Assembly: GCA_016748015.1 (NCBI GenBank)
Contig: JAAOMT010000094.1
Coordinates: 252,520-316,519 of the forward strand
Direction of reading: 5' to 3'
Length of the DNA stretch: 64,000 nt
Origin: Geosiphon pyriformis uo1
Taxonomy: Eukaryota; Fungi; Glomeromycota
Part shown: in pieces, positions 1-12,075 of the stretch
Layout: each line of letters starts with the position of its first letter
Position numbering within the stretch: position 1 is the stretch's first letter
Notes under the pieces: model-generated
Told to the model about the DNA's origin: nothing
What the model saw: the letters and a program-made list of their open reading frames with translations, nothing else
Database searches by the model: none
Translations under genes and position numbers: made by a program

Positions 1-2473
1 TAAGTTATTAGATCTGACATGACAATCTGTTTTTAAATAGCTTTATTTACTGCAGTAATGACAATTATGCATTTTTTGTTGTTATTGTTAATTTGCTAAT
101 AATAAATACAATTGATTTTGAAAATGATTGAAGTTTTTTTAATTGTTGTGACATTGTAAAAGATAATAAATAGCTTGATTGTTAACTAAATATCTTTTGA
201 TTAATGGCTTTGCCAAATTGCTTTAATTTGGTATTTAATTCAGATAATCTATTTATTACTAGATTTATGGCTTGAGTGTGGTTGGTTTCAAGTTTGGCTG
301 ATTCAAAATTTTTGGTATCTATTACTGTATCTTGGAGAGTATTTGGGTGTATTGGACATACTTGCTATAACAAGCTGTTGTGTAATCTACAAATAAATTA
401 AATCAAAATTTGTGGTGCTGTAAAGTAGTCAGTATTGATTGTTTAGATTTAGCACAAATTTCTGTGAAAACATTCTAAATAAGTAATAACTGCTTTGGTA
501 TTATCTTGTTTGATAATAATAAAGCTAGTTAACAAACAATTAATGCTGTTGTTATTGCTAAAATACTGTAAAAATGCAGTTTTAAATATGTCAAAATCTT
601 GGAGTTTGTTTATAAAATTCTGGTATCATAAATTGGCTGTATTTTGTAAGAAATAGGAAATAACTTAAAGAACTTTAATGTCATTTTATCTATTGGTTGC
701 AATAGCTTTTGCTATGTTGTTCAGCCATACTTGGGCATTGTTTTTTTCATTGGTAAATTTCTCAAGTTTTACAATTGGTATATAAATCATTGATGTTGTT
801 ATGGAAGAGCTTTTTTAGTATATTTTAATTGTTGATATTTTGTTTTAATTGCAATCAGTCTCTCATAAGTTCCTCAATTTTATGTATTGAATATTAATAA
901 TAATATACTGAAGGTTTTCTTTTGATGTTATGATATAAGTCTTCTTTTTAATTTTAGTTGTTTTTATATGTTGTGTACTCTTTTCCAGAAGCTAATCTGA
1001 AATCTATTTGCTGTCTGGGGTCTTCTCTGAGGCTATTTTTGCAATTGTTTGATGTGTTTCTCTAATCTAAAAACATGGAATGTTAATGGCTTTTTTGTAA
1101 TTTTTCTAAGTATATAATAAAGCTTTTTCAATTTAATTAGTAACTACGTAAATAATCTTAATCAGAAATTATTCTTTCAAAGAATTCAAAGATGGAATGA
1201 TAGTTTCATTCACTAGAGAGGATATGTAAATTCTATTGTTAATCTTATAATTGTAATATTAATTCAATTTATTATTTTTATTAATTTTTTTTGAATAAGA
1301 TTTTATTTAAATATTTGTTGTTTTGAGTTGAAGCTATTTGATTCTTTATTATTAAAAACTATTGTATATATATATAATTATTGTTTTACAAAATAATGTC
1401 TTGTAATATTCTATTTCTATTATTTTTAAATAGTGCTTGCTGCTATTGTAAAATAGTGCTTGCTGCTTTTATATGATAGTGCTTGCTGCTATTGCATGGT
1501 AATGCTTGCTGTTATTTGTAAATCATTTTTTTTTCTTTTTATAAATTGTTGCTGTGCTATTTTATGATTGGCTAATTTATATTATTTATAATTCCTATTA
1601 AATTCTTGAACTGTAACAATATAAGTAGTAATAATTATAGTAGTTGCTGTTAAATAATAATTGATACTACTGGCAATAAATTAATTGAAATAATTGGAGA
1701 TAAGTTTTTTGAAAGAATAGGAGCTGAGTTTGGATTGTTTGGGTTTGGCTGAATTTGAACAATCAGAGTTTAAACTTCTAAATTATTTGGAATTAGGTTT
1801 TGATTATTATTTTCTTAATTACTGTTTTTTTTTCTGATTTAGTGTTTTTTTAATGATTGGTAGATACAAAATTTGGTTAAGATAGCAGTAATTAAAGTTT
1901 TAATAATATTGTTGATCATAATTTAAATCTTTTAAAAAAATTGCTATAGATTCTTAATAGTTTGGTTTTTTTGATTATTTTAAAACAGTATTTTGGATAA
2001 TAGTGTTTTTGTTGTTAACATTAAAGTAGATCTAAATGATATGTGAATAATACTTTCTGGTGTATAATAATATAACAGATGAATAAATAAAATGATTTTT
2101 GGTTTCTTCCAAGTAAGTGGTTGTATTTTTCTTGGTATTTCTGCTGAAGTTTGAAATTTTTTTTTGTTTATAAAGATAATTGAAAATTTTTATTAGGTGT
2201 AATTTTTTTGATTTATCTTTGTAATTAGTGGGGCAAACAAATAATTTTGTGAAACATAGTGCTTTGAAATAATTCACTTTAAAAATTTTTGAAGACAGTT
2301 TTTAGATCTTCTTAGTTTCTTAAATAAAATTTAATTTTTTCATTAATATAAAAGTTAAAAGCTAATTTTGCTAGCCAATAATTACTTGTTAATCTGAAAT
2401 AAGTTTGGTAATATTGAAATAAGGATTTGGCAAATTCTAAATAGTTTGTTTCTGTTATTTTTAATTTTACTAC
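1..2473 (-). pseudogene. gag: Degenerate gag of element G
   Basis: N-terminal helical domain homologous to D 48611-49105, followed by a Q-rich linker and a retrotransposon capsid region; many stops from C>T/G>A changes. Confidence 0.75.
1428..1515. repeat. About four imperfect ~24-bp tandem repeats (AAATAGTGCTTGCTGCTATTGTA) in the gag linker of G
   Basis: Directly visible; encodes QQQAL-like units on the minus strand. Confidence 0.7.
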
Positions 2474-2518
2474 TTTTTCAGATAATTGATATTAATACTG
2501 GTTTTTTGTTAGATTATA

Positions 2519-2535
2519 TTTTACAAAGAGCACCA
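2519..2535 (-). promoter_or_regulatory. Primer-binding site of element G (decayed TGGTGCTCCCTGTGAGG)
   Basis: Minus strand reads TGGTGCTCTTTGTAAAA, 2 nt after the LTR end. Confidence 0.7.
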
Positions 2536-2537
2536 AA

Positions 2538-3362
2538 TATTATAAGTGATTATTTAGGGTGTTGAAACAAATAACAAATTTGTAACTTGGTGCTCAATAG
2601 CTAGAAATATTGGTAATTTTTAAAAATTTAGGTTGAGTTTTTTGTATAATAAACAGAAATTTTATTGATAGTTTCTTCTGCAAATTTTTTTTTCAATATA
2701 GTGGCCAGTTTATTTTGACAGTTATACTTTTCTAATAAGCTATTCTTAAATTTTTTATCTTTGTTCTCAAGTTTTTTATCAGACTATTTTTGACATCAAA
2801 TACTCAGTACTTAATCTTTTTAATCAATTAGTAAACAACAAAAAAAATAAAACAAAAGAAAATAAGAAAATAAAATAAAAAATTAATATTTTGTTAATAG
2901 CTATTATTAAAAGTTATTGGTCTAGTATTGTTAAGTATTGGTTATTATTAATATAAAGTATTAATAGTATGAAATTGATTAATATTTTTTAAACAAATAA
3001 TGATAATATAGATTGTATAATAATAGATAAGTTTATTGATATTGGTATAATTTTATTTTAAGTTATAGAAAACTATTTTTTGAAGAAAAAAGTATTGTTG
3101 TTTTAAACTAATCTGAACTTTAAACTCTGAATTAACTTTTCTGCTTCTAATACTTTTGCTATATATACATAATTCTCATTATATGAGATCTTACACATTC
3201 TTGAACAATGTGTTATAATTTTCTGATAATGTGTTTATTATTAAGCAATATGTTATAATTTTCTAACATTGTGTTTACTTGCTAAGTACTATTTTTTTAT
3301 TAATCTATTTTTACTATCTGTTTTTTTTACTTCTTTCTTGTACTTTTTTATTATGAATAATA
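2538..3362 (-). repeat. 5' LTR of element G
   Basis: Decayed TGTTA..TAACA termini, TATA-like TATATATAG, and homology to the D LTRs and to 15014-17197. Confidence 0.8.
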
Positions 3363-3764
3363 GCAATTTAATTAAATTTATAAGATGAATTCAGTTATTA
3401 TTAAGGTGATTATTTCAAGTTCTTATGTTGTGTTGAATGACAACTTCAATAAAAATGGTGTAAAACATAGTATAAGCTTCAAAAAATGTTTCAATTTGGG
3501 TTTGTGTAATTTTTTGGTAAGTAACTCAGCTGTTAAAATTTTAACATAAAACAATTCAAGAGATGTAAAGAAAACTATTAACTATATTCTAGTCAGTAAA
3601 CATTTTATAATAACAATAGTTAGGTATAAGATTTATGATGTTTCTGATTTTTTTAATATTGATTATTTGGCTGTTGTAGTTTTAATTGGTTTGAATAGTT
3701 TTTTAGATGTACATTTGAACACAATCCACAAGCAAACTAATAAAGATTAATAGAAATTTGGCAT

Positions 3765-4839
3765 TGTTACCTGAGTAGAAAAACTGATTTAAAGTTATGA
3801 AAAAATGTGACCAAAACGTGACATAATACAGAATAGTGCACAATAACATTAGATAATACATTATAACATAGGATAATATGTTATAACACAGGATAACACA
3901 GAATAGCGCGCAATAACATAGAATAACGTGTTATAATGCAGGATAACACAGAATAACATGTAATAACATCAGATAACGTGTTATAACATAGGATAACTAA
4001 TGATAACGTAGAAAAATAAAGCAATAACAGAAATAATAAAGCAATAGCTAGCAATAGCAAAACAATTGAAAGCAATCCTGTAAAACCAAAAGAATATATA
4101 AAAGCAAGTAATTGTAGAAGTGAGAAAAAACAGACAGATAGATATGAACCTTTAAACAAGAATTAAATATCCATATCCCTTCATTATTTATTATTTTCCC
4201 TATTTTATCTTCTAAAATAAACCAATTATTAAAGAAATCAGAATCACAAATTCATGTTCTCGAACTTCATGGAATTTATGTGAATTAATCCTTGTCTCAT
4301 ACCTTTGTTCTAAGACAGATGCTCTTAGCATAACCACCTTGAACTATTAATGATTTGGACCAATCACTCTTGATCATGGCAATTGATAATACTAATTTAT
4401 CTTTTTTTTCTTTTTTTTTCTTTTTTTTTTTTTCTTTTTTTTTTTCTTTTTTTTGTAGAGCAACAACATAGTAAAATTGACTGTCTAAGAATAGACTTCA
4501 TGATAGTTTGGTAAAAGAGGGAAGCTCCCCCTAAGTTTTGGATATTAACATTATCTTGTTAGCTTACCAGAAGGGTGAAAAGACAATGCCAGACCCTAAT
4601 GACTGTGCTCGTTAGCTCAGAGAAGAAAGCTCACATTTACAGAAAACATTGCAATCAACGAAAAACAAACTCTGTGTCTTATAACCAAAGAACTCAATGG
4701 GTAAATTCACATCCAGGAATAGACCTTCAGAGACTGATAATCTAGACTAAGCCAATAGAATTACACAGAAGATACATTCCCAATAATTAAGAGCACTAAA
4801 CATTACCAGTTCCATTACCCACTAAGTTTACCCATAACA
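3765..4839 (+). repeat. 5' LTR of element A
   Basis: Aligns end to end with 12902-14006; contains a 10-bp tandem array and a poly-T tract. Confidence 0.95.
3822..4010 (+). repeat. U3 10-bp-period tandem array (ATAACACAGA / ATAACGTGTT) of the A-type LTR
   Basis: About 19 units visible; also at ~12960-13150 and, on the minus strand, ~59200-59390. Confidence 0.9.
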
Positions 4840-4841
4840 TT

Positions 4842-4858
4842 TGGTGCTCCCTGTAAGA
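4842..4858 (+). promoter_or_regulatory. Primer-binding site of element A
   Basis: TGGTGCTCCCTGTAAGA, 2 nt after the 5' LTR; complementary to a tRNA 3' end (...GGGAGCACCA). Confidence 0.9.
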
Positions 4859-4901
4859 TTATAAATCTACAGAGACAGAGCACTTCCAAAAATACACAAA
4901 A

Positions 4902-7900
4902 GTGGTGACTATTGGAACAATGAGAAAAAACCACTTCTTGTACAGAAAAGCACTATTTCAATATTTTCGAAAAGACTTAGAAATACCAGCAAAAACCACT
5001 TATGCAGAAAGTAATTTTTGTAACTATATCAATGCAAAAATCAACTGCTTGTTAGACTGCACAACTGATACAAGAAGACTTGGAGAACAAATCCATCAAA
5101 GCTTATTAGGGTACTCAACAGCCATGACTACCCGAGAAATTGCTGAAACTCTGTACATAATTAATACAGACATTAAATATTACATGGCACAACAATTTCC
5201 TCAAGTACAACAACCAGTGGAATCTGACCCTGAGGAATATGAAAACGAATCCAACAACCCCATAACTGCTCAAGCCAAGTCCATGGTCAACAAGAAACCA
5301 AGGTTTCTCTTCCCAACAACTCTATCATACCATCAGACACCCCAAAGTAGAATTGTATTTAACCCACCCCCAGAAACCCAGTCAAAAACACCATGAACTC
5401 CTGGAAATCCACACCCTTGGAATCAACACAGTTGGACCAAATCACTAGGAGAATACAGATTGCTGTTTGGAAATCTTACTCCAGCAGCTGGTCAAACAGA
5501 AGGAAACCCGTCAACTTGGGAACAGCCACCAGCACAAAACCTAGCAGAATCAGTATTTCCCTTAACAGAAGAAACAGCTATCTTACAACCTATTGGTTCA
5601 AGTGACAAAGGAAAGCAACCATCATTAGCATCCAAAGAACACTTGAATACGCAGACACCAATCCCTTTAAACATAACCAGTAACACCCCACTTATTAACC
5701 GGATTATGGCTTACCGGGATATCGCTAAATTGGAAAAATTCTCTGGTGAAAAAGATAATGCATATTTCTGGATTGTGGATGCTGAGAAAGCAATTACTGC
5801 TAATGGTTGGAATGACAACTGCACAATTCAGGCACTGCTGTTCTTTCTGACTAAAACCACCAATTCATAGTACCAGAGCCTTGCAGAGAACCCTACCTCT
5901 TTTACAGAGTTTAAACTCGCATTTCTGCAATACTTTTGTGATCCCAATATATTAATTTGATTGCAGAATCAATTCAATATAATTAAACAAAAAGATCACG
6001 AAGCAGTAACTACTTATCTCGAATGATTCAATTAAATCTTTTGTCAAATATTAGCTATCGAAAGGGACTACTACACTATGGCACAAGTTCTTAATCAATT
6101 TATTAAAGAATTGTGGAGTAGTATTTTAAGATCCATAAAATCTTGCCATCTGACCAGTTTACAAGATGCCATTACTCTTACTTGTGATTTTGAGTCTGCA
6201 GAACAAAAAGCAAACCATACCCAAGCCATTAATTTAGCCATTAATGAAACCTCTGACATCGGTGCAAAAATAACCCAATTGAGTAAGAAACTAACTCAGA
6301 AAATTGAGGAATTCTTAGCCGGAACTACAGAAACTTACCAACCACTCCAACAGAAAGAAAATAACAACAACAACAGATACTCACAGCAACAGAACTGTCA
6401 GCAACAGCAACAATCTTGAAGATCTGATCCTTGCAACTGTTACTACTACCAGAAACCTGGACACATTGTCTGTGACTGCAAAAAGAAGATCATAAACCAA
6501 AATTAAGGAAACCCATACCAACAATCCTGATCTCAACAAAACATGATATCCCAATATTTTATATCTCAGAATCAACCGTCCCAATATGCACAACAAGTTC
6601 CATACACTCAACCACTGCCCCAGAATTATTATTAACCACCACCAATAACACAAACAATCCCTCACTATTAAACTTCCCCTTACAGCCCATTCAGATCTCA
6701 AGCTATAGACTATAATTAGGGATGGAGGAATCCCAACAACAATCAAGTGCAAACTAACAGTGGACTGTCTTGACCAATTCCTTGTGGTTCTGCCCAATCT
6801 TGACCAACACCAACTGGATACCCAAATCAAGCTTCCTATCTTGGTCTTCCATAAAACCAGGGTTTTGATAAATCTACACCTGTGGAAGAGGGGATGTAGA
6901 ACAAATTTCCCAACCTTTCAAGCAAACAAAAAGCAATATCCCACCAGCCACTATTATCAAAAACACCATCTTAGCTGTCATATTTCTTTTTGACATCAAT
7001 AATTTGAACACCCATAGTCTTTTTAGTGGAGCAGCCATCAATCAGGATAAACCAATAATGGCCCTATATACCAATGCCAGAATCGGAAGAATAAACATTA
7101 AATTAATCCTGGATAGTGGATCAGCTGGTAACATAATCACAAAGCAGTTTATGGACCAACTAGGTCGCTGAGTAGACCATGCTGTTACTGCCCAGATTAT
7201 TACAGCAGATGGAAACACAAAAATCCTGATAAGAAAAATTGACAACTTCCCTTTCAAGATTAATAGAATCCAAATTTCTACCAAAGTACTCATCATAAAA
7301 GCTACTTAATATCAAGCTTTAATAGGAAATGATTGGTTGTCAAAAGCCAATGCTACTTTCAATTGGAACACCCAAGAACTTCAACTCATGTTCAATGGAC
7401 AGCATGCCCGAGTCCCAGCTACATGTAAACACTTTAAAACCCAACGTATTGAGGAACTCCTTATTAAATTCAAAGACACATCACTGCCACTAACCATTAA
7501 GACCTATCAGGTTTCATAGGTGGATGATTATTGAACTGAACTACCCCTACTACCAACCTGGGAAGAAAAAAGAAAAGGCAGAGCTGAAGAAGAACCCCAA
7601 TTGTCATTACTAGGATACATAACCTCGGACCAAAGAAACTTATTTTACCAACCCCCAAGACTAATATGTGTCAATTGTGAGAAAAAACTATTCACTATGG
7701 GCACATGTATTGGAGACAATGAAAAATGGCTCACTGTTACCAAATACTATTGCAAACTTTGTTTACTGGAAAGATTTGGATGACCAAAATGACAAAGCAA
7801 GTGGAACAACACACCATGTCTCGCATGTGGCAAAATTCTGCCAAATAAAAGACTCTAGAATGATGTGCTTGGCAGAGAAGGAACATGCGATGAGGCTTGT

Positions 7901-10900
7901 CAATACACCATATTAATCAACGATTGGGTATGAAAAGAAACTTCTATCGAGAATGCTTGGAAACAAGCATTCAACAGGCTGGACAGTTATCCACACAATA
8001 ACCACAAAATCTGGAGAATGGCAAGTGCCAAGACCAAAGACGCTATGCCTGAAAAAATACGAGAAATCAAGGACAATCCTTGGATGCCCAAATATAATGG
8101 ACCCAACTACCCCAAAAATGATTTCTTCACAGATAACCCAAATGTATTTCAGAACTGATATCAGAAATTGGCCCCAACTTGCAAAGAACAAGAGCAAAGG
8201 TTGGCTGATTTAAATACCAAACTGTGCAATCATTGTTTGATTCCCTGTTATTTCCAGTACTGTAACGTATGTAATCTCATGTTTAATCTGCCTCCAAGAA
8301 TACTGTTTCCAATCACCAAACTACCTGAACCCAAAGAAGAAGAGATATTGATTACCGAGGACATGTTGTTTCAAGATCCAACTGTGGATATTGAAACAGA
8401 ACAGTATCTTGCATATTCCGACCTATCCAAAGAACTAGAGCTAAAATGATACAGTGACAACAAAAAAAAAATCTGCTCCAAAAGAGCGCATGACACCAAT
8501 GCCAGTTTCAACCTATGATACACTAGACAATTACCTATTATTATAGCCTCACATTCTTTTGTAAAAATAGATCTTAAGATAGCGTTAAAAATTTCTACTA
8601 ATACAATGGTACAAGTTGCCTTTCGATCTAGTCTAGCCAAGAAAGGAATTGATGTAAAAGGAGGAATTATTGATGCCAGTTACATGGAAAACATTATCAT
8701 AATGCTACAGAACAATTTGAACAGACTCTACAAAATAGAATCACAAGAAAAGATTGCCCAAGCTATCTTCCTACCCTTAGTCAAAATACCCCAATTAACT
8801 CTGGTAACAACCCAAGAAAAGTTAGGCCTCACTGCCCAAGAAATCAATGGGTTTGGATCAAGTAGAAAAAGAAACGTACCAGTTAATTTTACAAAGGAAA
8901 ACAGTGACCAGGTAGAATTTATCTACATTAACATTATCATCTCTATTCCCCCATACCAACAATACATCTCCAAGGTAAATCAAAAGATCCAAGATTAAGC
9001 TCTGTTATTCAAAGCCAGTTCTGAAATCTGTTCCCTAGCCAATGTTGTTAATCTATACCTACCGGCCAAAGCCCATAAACACTTCAAAATCCCCATCTAC
9101 AACCCAATAGAAGATGTTATTGAAATCCCCAAAGGAACGCTTGTCGGTTCCATATCTGCAAATATTCAGAATTCTAAAAAACCCCAGTCCATTCCAGATT
9201 TTGCACAATTATTTTTATTCTGTAACATTACCTTACAAGTAGTGAAATTTGCCAAAAGAAAGTTACTTGTTCACATCAGAAGAGATCAATAAATTGAATT
9301 TAAGAAATTTAAGTACCCTGCAACAAATGCAACTCAAAGTCCTTCTAAATCAGTATGCCGATGTCTTTGCCAACGAAAATGAGTTTGAATGCACTGACAT
9401 CATGAAGCATTAGATTGATATGAGAGATGCTCGACTGATTAAGCAATGAGCTTATTGCATACTTCCATCTGGTGATAACCTAATTAAGCAAGAAGTGCAA
9501 TGGATGCTTAATAACGGCCTAATCAAAGAATTGTTAAGCTCTTGGTTCTCTCCAGTAGTCTTGGTTACTAAGAAAAATGGAAAAGTGCAATTCTGCATAG
9601 ATTATTGAAAACTAAATAGTGTCACATGAGGAGATAGTTATCCCACTCTTCTTATCCAGGAAATTCTGGACAATCTAAGGAAAAAAAAATGGTTTTTGTT
9701 ATTAAATTTAGCAAGTGGTTACTGGCAAGTTAAAATGGACCCCAAAGACAAAAAAAAAACAGTGTTTACCATTCGAAATGAAAACTTTGAGTTTAACGTA
9801 ATGCTTTTTGGACTTTGTAATGCTCCTGCCATATTTCAATGCCTGATGGATGTAGTATACAAAGAAATTTTTTGGAAATCAGTAGTAGTCTACTTAGACA
9901 ACACAAACGTATTCTCTGAAACATTCAATGATCATTTGTTCTACCTACAACAAGTCTTTGAATGCCTTTATAGTGCCAGATTGAAACTCAATTCTGAGAA
10001 GTGCTTCTTTAGAAAAACCGAGTTAAAATTCCTAGGACATGTAATTGGCAAAGACAGAGTTAAACCCGATCCAGATAAAGTACAAAAAGTCAAGAATTTT
10101 TCAGCCCCAATCAACCTCAGAAAAATACGAGAATTTCTAGAATTGACAGAATATTATTGTCAATTTGTCAAAGGTTTCTCAAACATCACAAAACCACTCC
10201 ATCAATTGTTGTCTAAATACGTACTGTACTTGTGGAAAGAAGATTAACAGAAAACATTTGACTATCTCAAGCAGCGATTAATCACATCCCCAATCCTTAT
10301 TTACCCAGATTTCACTAAATGATTCATTGTCACTATGGATGCCTCGAAAAATGCTTTAGGAGCAGTCTTATCACAGATAGGACCAAACAATAGAAAACAC
10401 CCAGTTGCCTACACTAGTCACAACACTAGCCCAGCAGAAAAGAATTACAGCACAACAGATCTGGAATGTCTCGCCATTTATTGGGCCATACAGACTTGGA
10501 AACATTACCTCAGTCAACCATTTGATCTATATACCAACCACAAAGGACTTATTTGGTTACTCAACAATTCACAACTAGAAGGAAAATATGTGAGATAGAG
10601 TACTTATCTGCAACAATTCCCATTCAAAGTCTATTACAAGAAAAGATTCAAGAACACCAATGCCGACAGTTTGTCGAGGATGCCACAAACCTAATTCCAG
10701 ACCCATGGACACATTCACTTATTAACGACTACATTAGTACCTATCGACACTACATTTCAAGGAGATATTATCTCAACAGGAACAAAGTATCATATGAAAA
10801 CAAGCCTGTAATTATTTTATTCAAGACAACCAACTATATCAATGAGAACACCAAAACCATTCCACTCCACAACAACTAATCAAGGACAGTAAAAAAGAAA

Positions 10901-12072
10901 CTATACTATATAGCATGCACTCAGATCCAACGTCAGGACACTTTAACAAAAATGCTACCCTTGAAAGAACACTAAACTTATACTATTGGTCAACAATGTA
11001 CAAAGACATTTTCGAATATGTGCTCAATTGTAACACATGCCAGTAAAGAGGAGAAGCAAGATCAACAGAACCATTTCAACCCATTCCAGTTGGAAATCTA
11101 TTTGATAGAATTGGGATCAATTTGGTTGGTCTTCTCTTAATTACATCCAAAGAAAATTAATATATTGCTGTAGCTGTTGATTATCTTACAAAATAGCCAG
11201 AAGCCAGAGCAATTCAAGTGGCCGATACCAAAACAGTAGCCGAGTTCGTATATCAAGACCTAATTTGCTGACATGGGTGTCTGAAAAAATTGTTATCCAA
11301 TCAAGGAACACATTTCGTCAATAATATACTAACAGAATTAAGCCAATGGTTTGGTATAAAACGTTTTTTATTGTCATCATACCACCCACAAACTAATGAA
11401 CTGGTAGAACAGTTTAACCAAACACTGTGTGAAGCATTAGTAAAAATAAGTCAAGAAAATGAACAAGAATAGGACCTATTCATACCTTCAGTACTCTTTG
11501 CATACCGAACACTAAAGCAAAATATGACACACTTTACACTATTCGAACTAGTCTATAAAAGAAAAGCTACATTACCTATCAAATAAGAAATATTGTCCTA
11601 CTCAACAGAAACAATCATCAAAGAGAATTTTAAAGCTATCTTGTACCACAGAATGTACCAGCTAATGAAAACATTAAAAAACAATCGAAGAACAGCAGCT
11701 GATAACATTAGTAACACTCAAGAATGACAAAAAAAAAGACATGATAAACGCCTACCAGAACAACCAATGGAATTCAAGATTGGAGACCAAGTACTGTTAC
11801 ATTGTATAAAAGCTAAGAAACAGTGGAGTAGAAAGTTTGACCCAAAGTGGGATAGTCCATTCCACATACACAAAGTGTTAGGAAATAGAGCTTACAAATT
11901 ACAATTGGAAGACAGGATTTTAAAAAAAGTAGCACATGGAAATTGGTTAAAAATTTATTATGCAAAACAGGAATTATCGTCATCAGTACCTCAACTAGGA
12001 ATACAAATTTTATTAATCAGACCAGAAGATATACCACGAGATCTGGAACCAATCATCATTATCGAAATATAG
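4902..12072 (+). pseudogene. gag-pol: Degenerate gag-pol of element A: Gag (~4902-6900), protease (~7050-7420), Cys-rich insert (~7660-8290), dUTPase (~8440-8870), RT (~9300-10250), RNase H (~10250-10690), integrase with GPY/F motif (~10700-12072)
   Basis: Motifs LILDSGSAG; AFRSSLAKKGIDVKGGIIDASY..KIAQAIF..GFGSS; MLFGLCNAPAIFQ..VVVYLDN; MDASKNALGAVLSQ; SSYHPQTNELVEQFNQTL; KWDSPFHIHKV. Many premature stops. Confidence 0.93.
8440..8870 (+). pseudogene. dut: dUTPase domain within pol of element A
   Basis: All five dUTPase motifs are recognisable: (A)SFNL, RSS, GIIDASY, KIAQ, GFGSS. Confidence 0.9.
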
Positions 12073-12075
12073 ACA

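Larger units (their letters stand above)
1..3362 (-). mobile_element. Element G: 5' part of a degenerate Ty3/Gypsy LTR retrotransposon (5' LTR, PBS, gag); continues past the left window edge; D-related family
   Basis: LTR 2538-3362 is homologous to the R/U5 of element D and to the solo LTR at 15014-17197. PBS relic TTTGGTGCTC. Minus-strand Gag motif 'IYIPIVKLEKFTNEKNNAQVWLNNIAKAIATN' at ~700-790 matches the A and D Gags. Confidence 0.85.

Noticed and set aside
3881-4159. Hydrophobic 92-aa antisense ORF in both A LTRs (also 13018-13296), superficially a membrane or Env-like peptide
   Set aside because: It has a TTG start and is the T-rich complement of an A-rich repeat array. Its presence in both copies simply reflects LTR duplication.
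9890-9905. YLDN instead of YLDD in the RT of A, C and D as a novel catalytic motif
   Set aside because: Best explained by recurrent G>A decay (e.g. GAC GAC > GAC AAC at a CpG) in dead copies.
4902-12072. Alternative genetic code (stop-codon reassignment) to explain the many in-frame stops
   Set aside because: All three stop types occur, at positions that differ between families and derive from W, R or Q codons by transition. The host gene ends at a normal TAA and has only one internal stop.
11767-12072. Chromodomain at the integrase C-terminus
   Set aside because: Only a GPY/F motif and a short tail are present; no chromodomain aromatic pattern.
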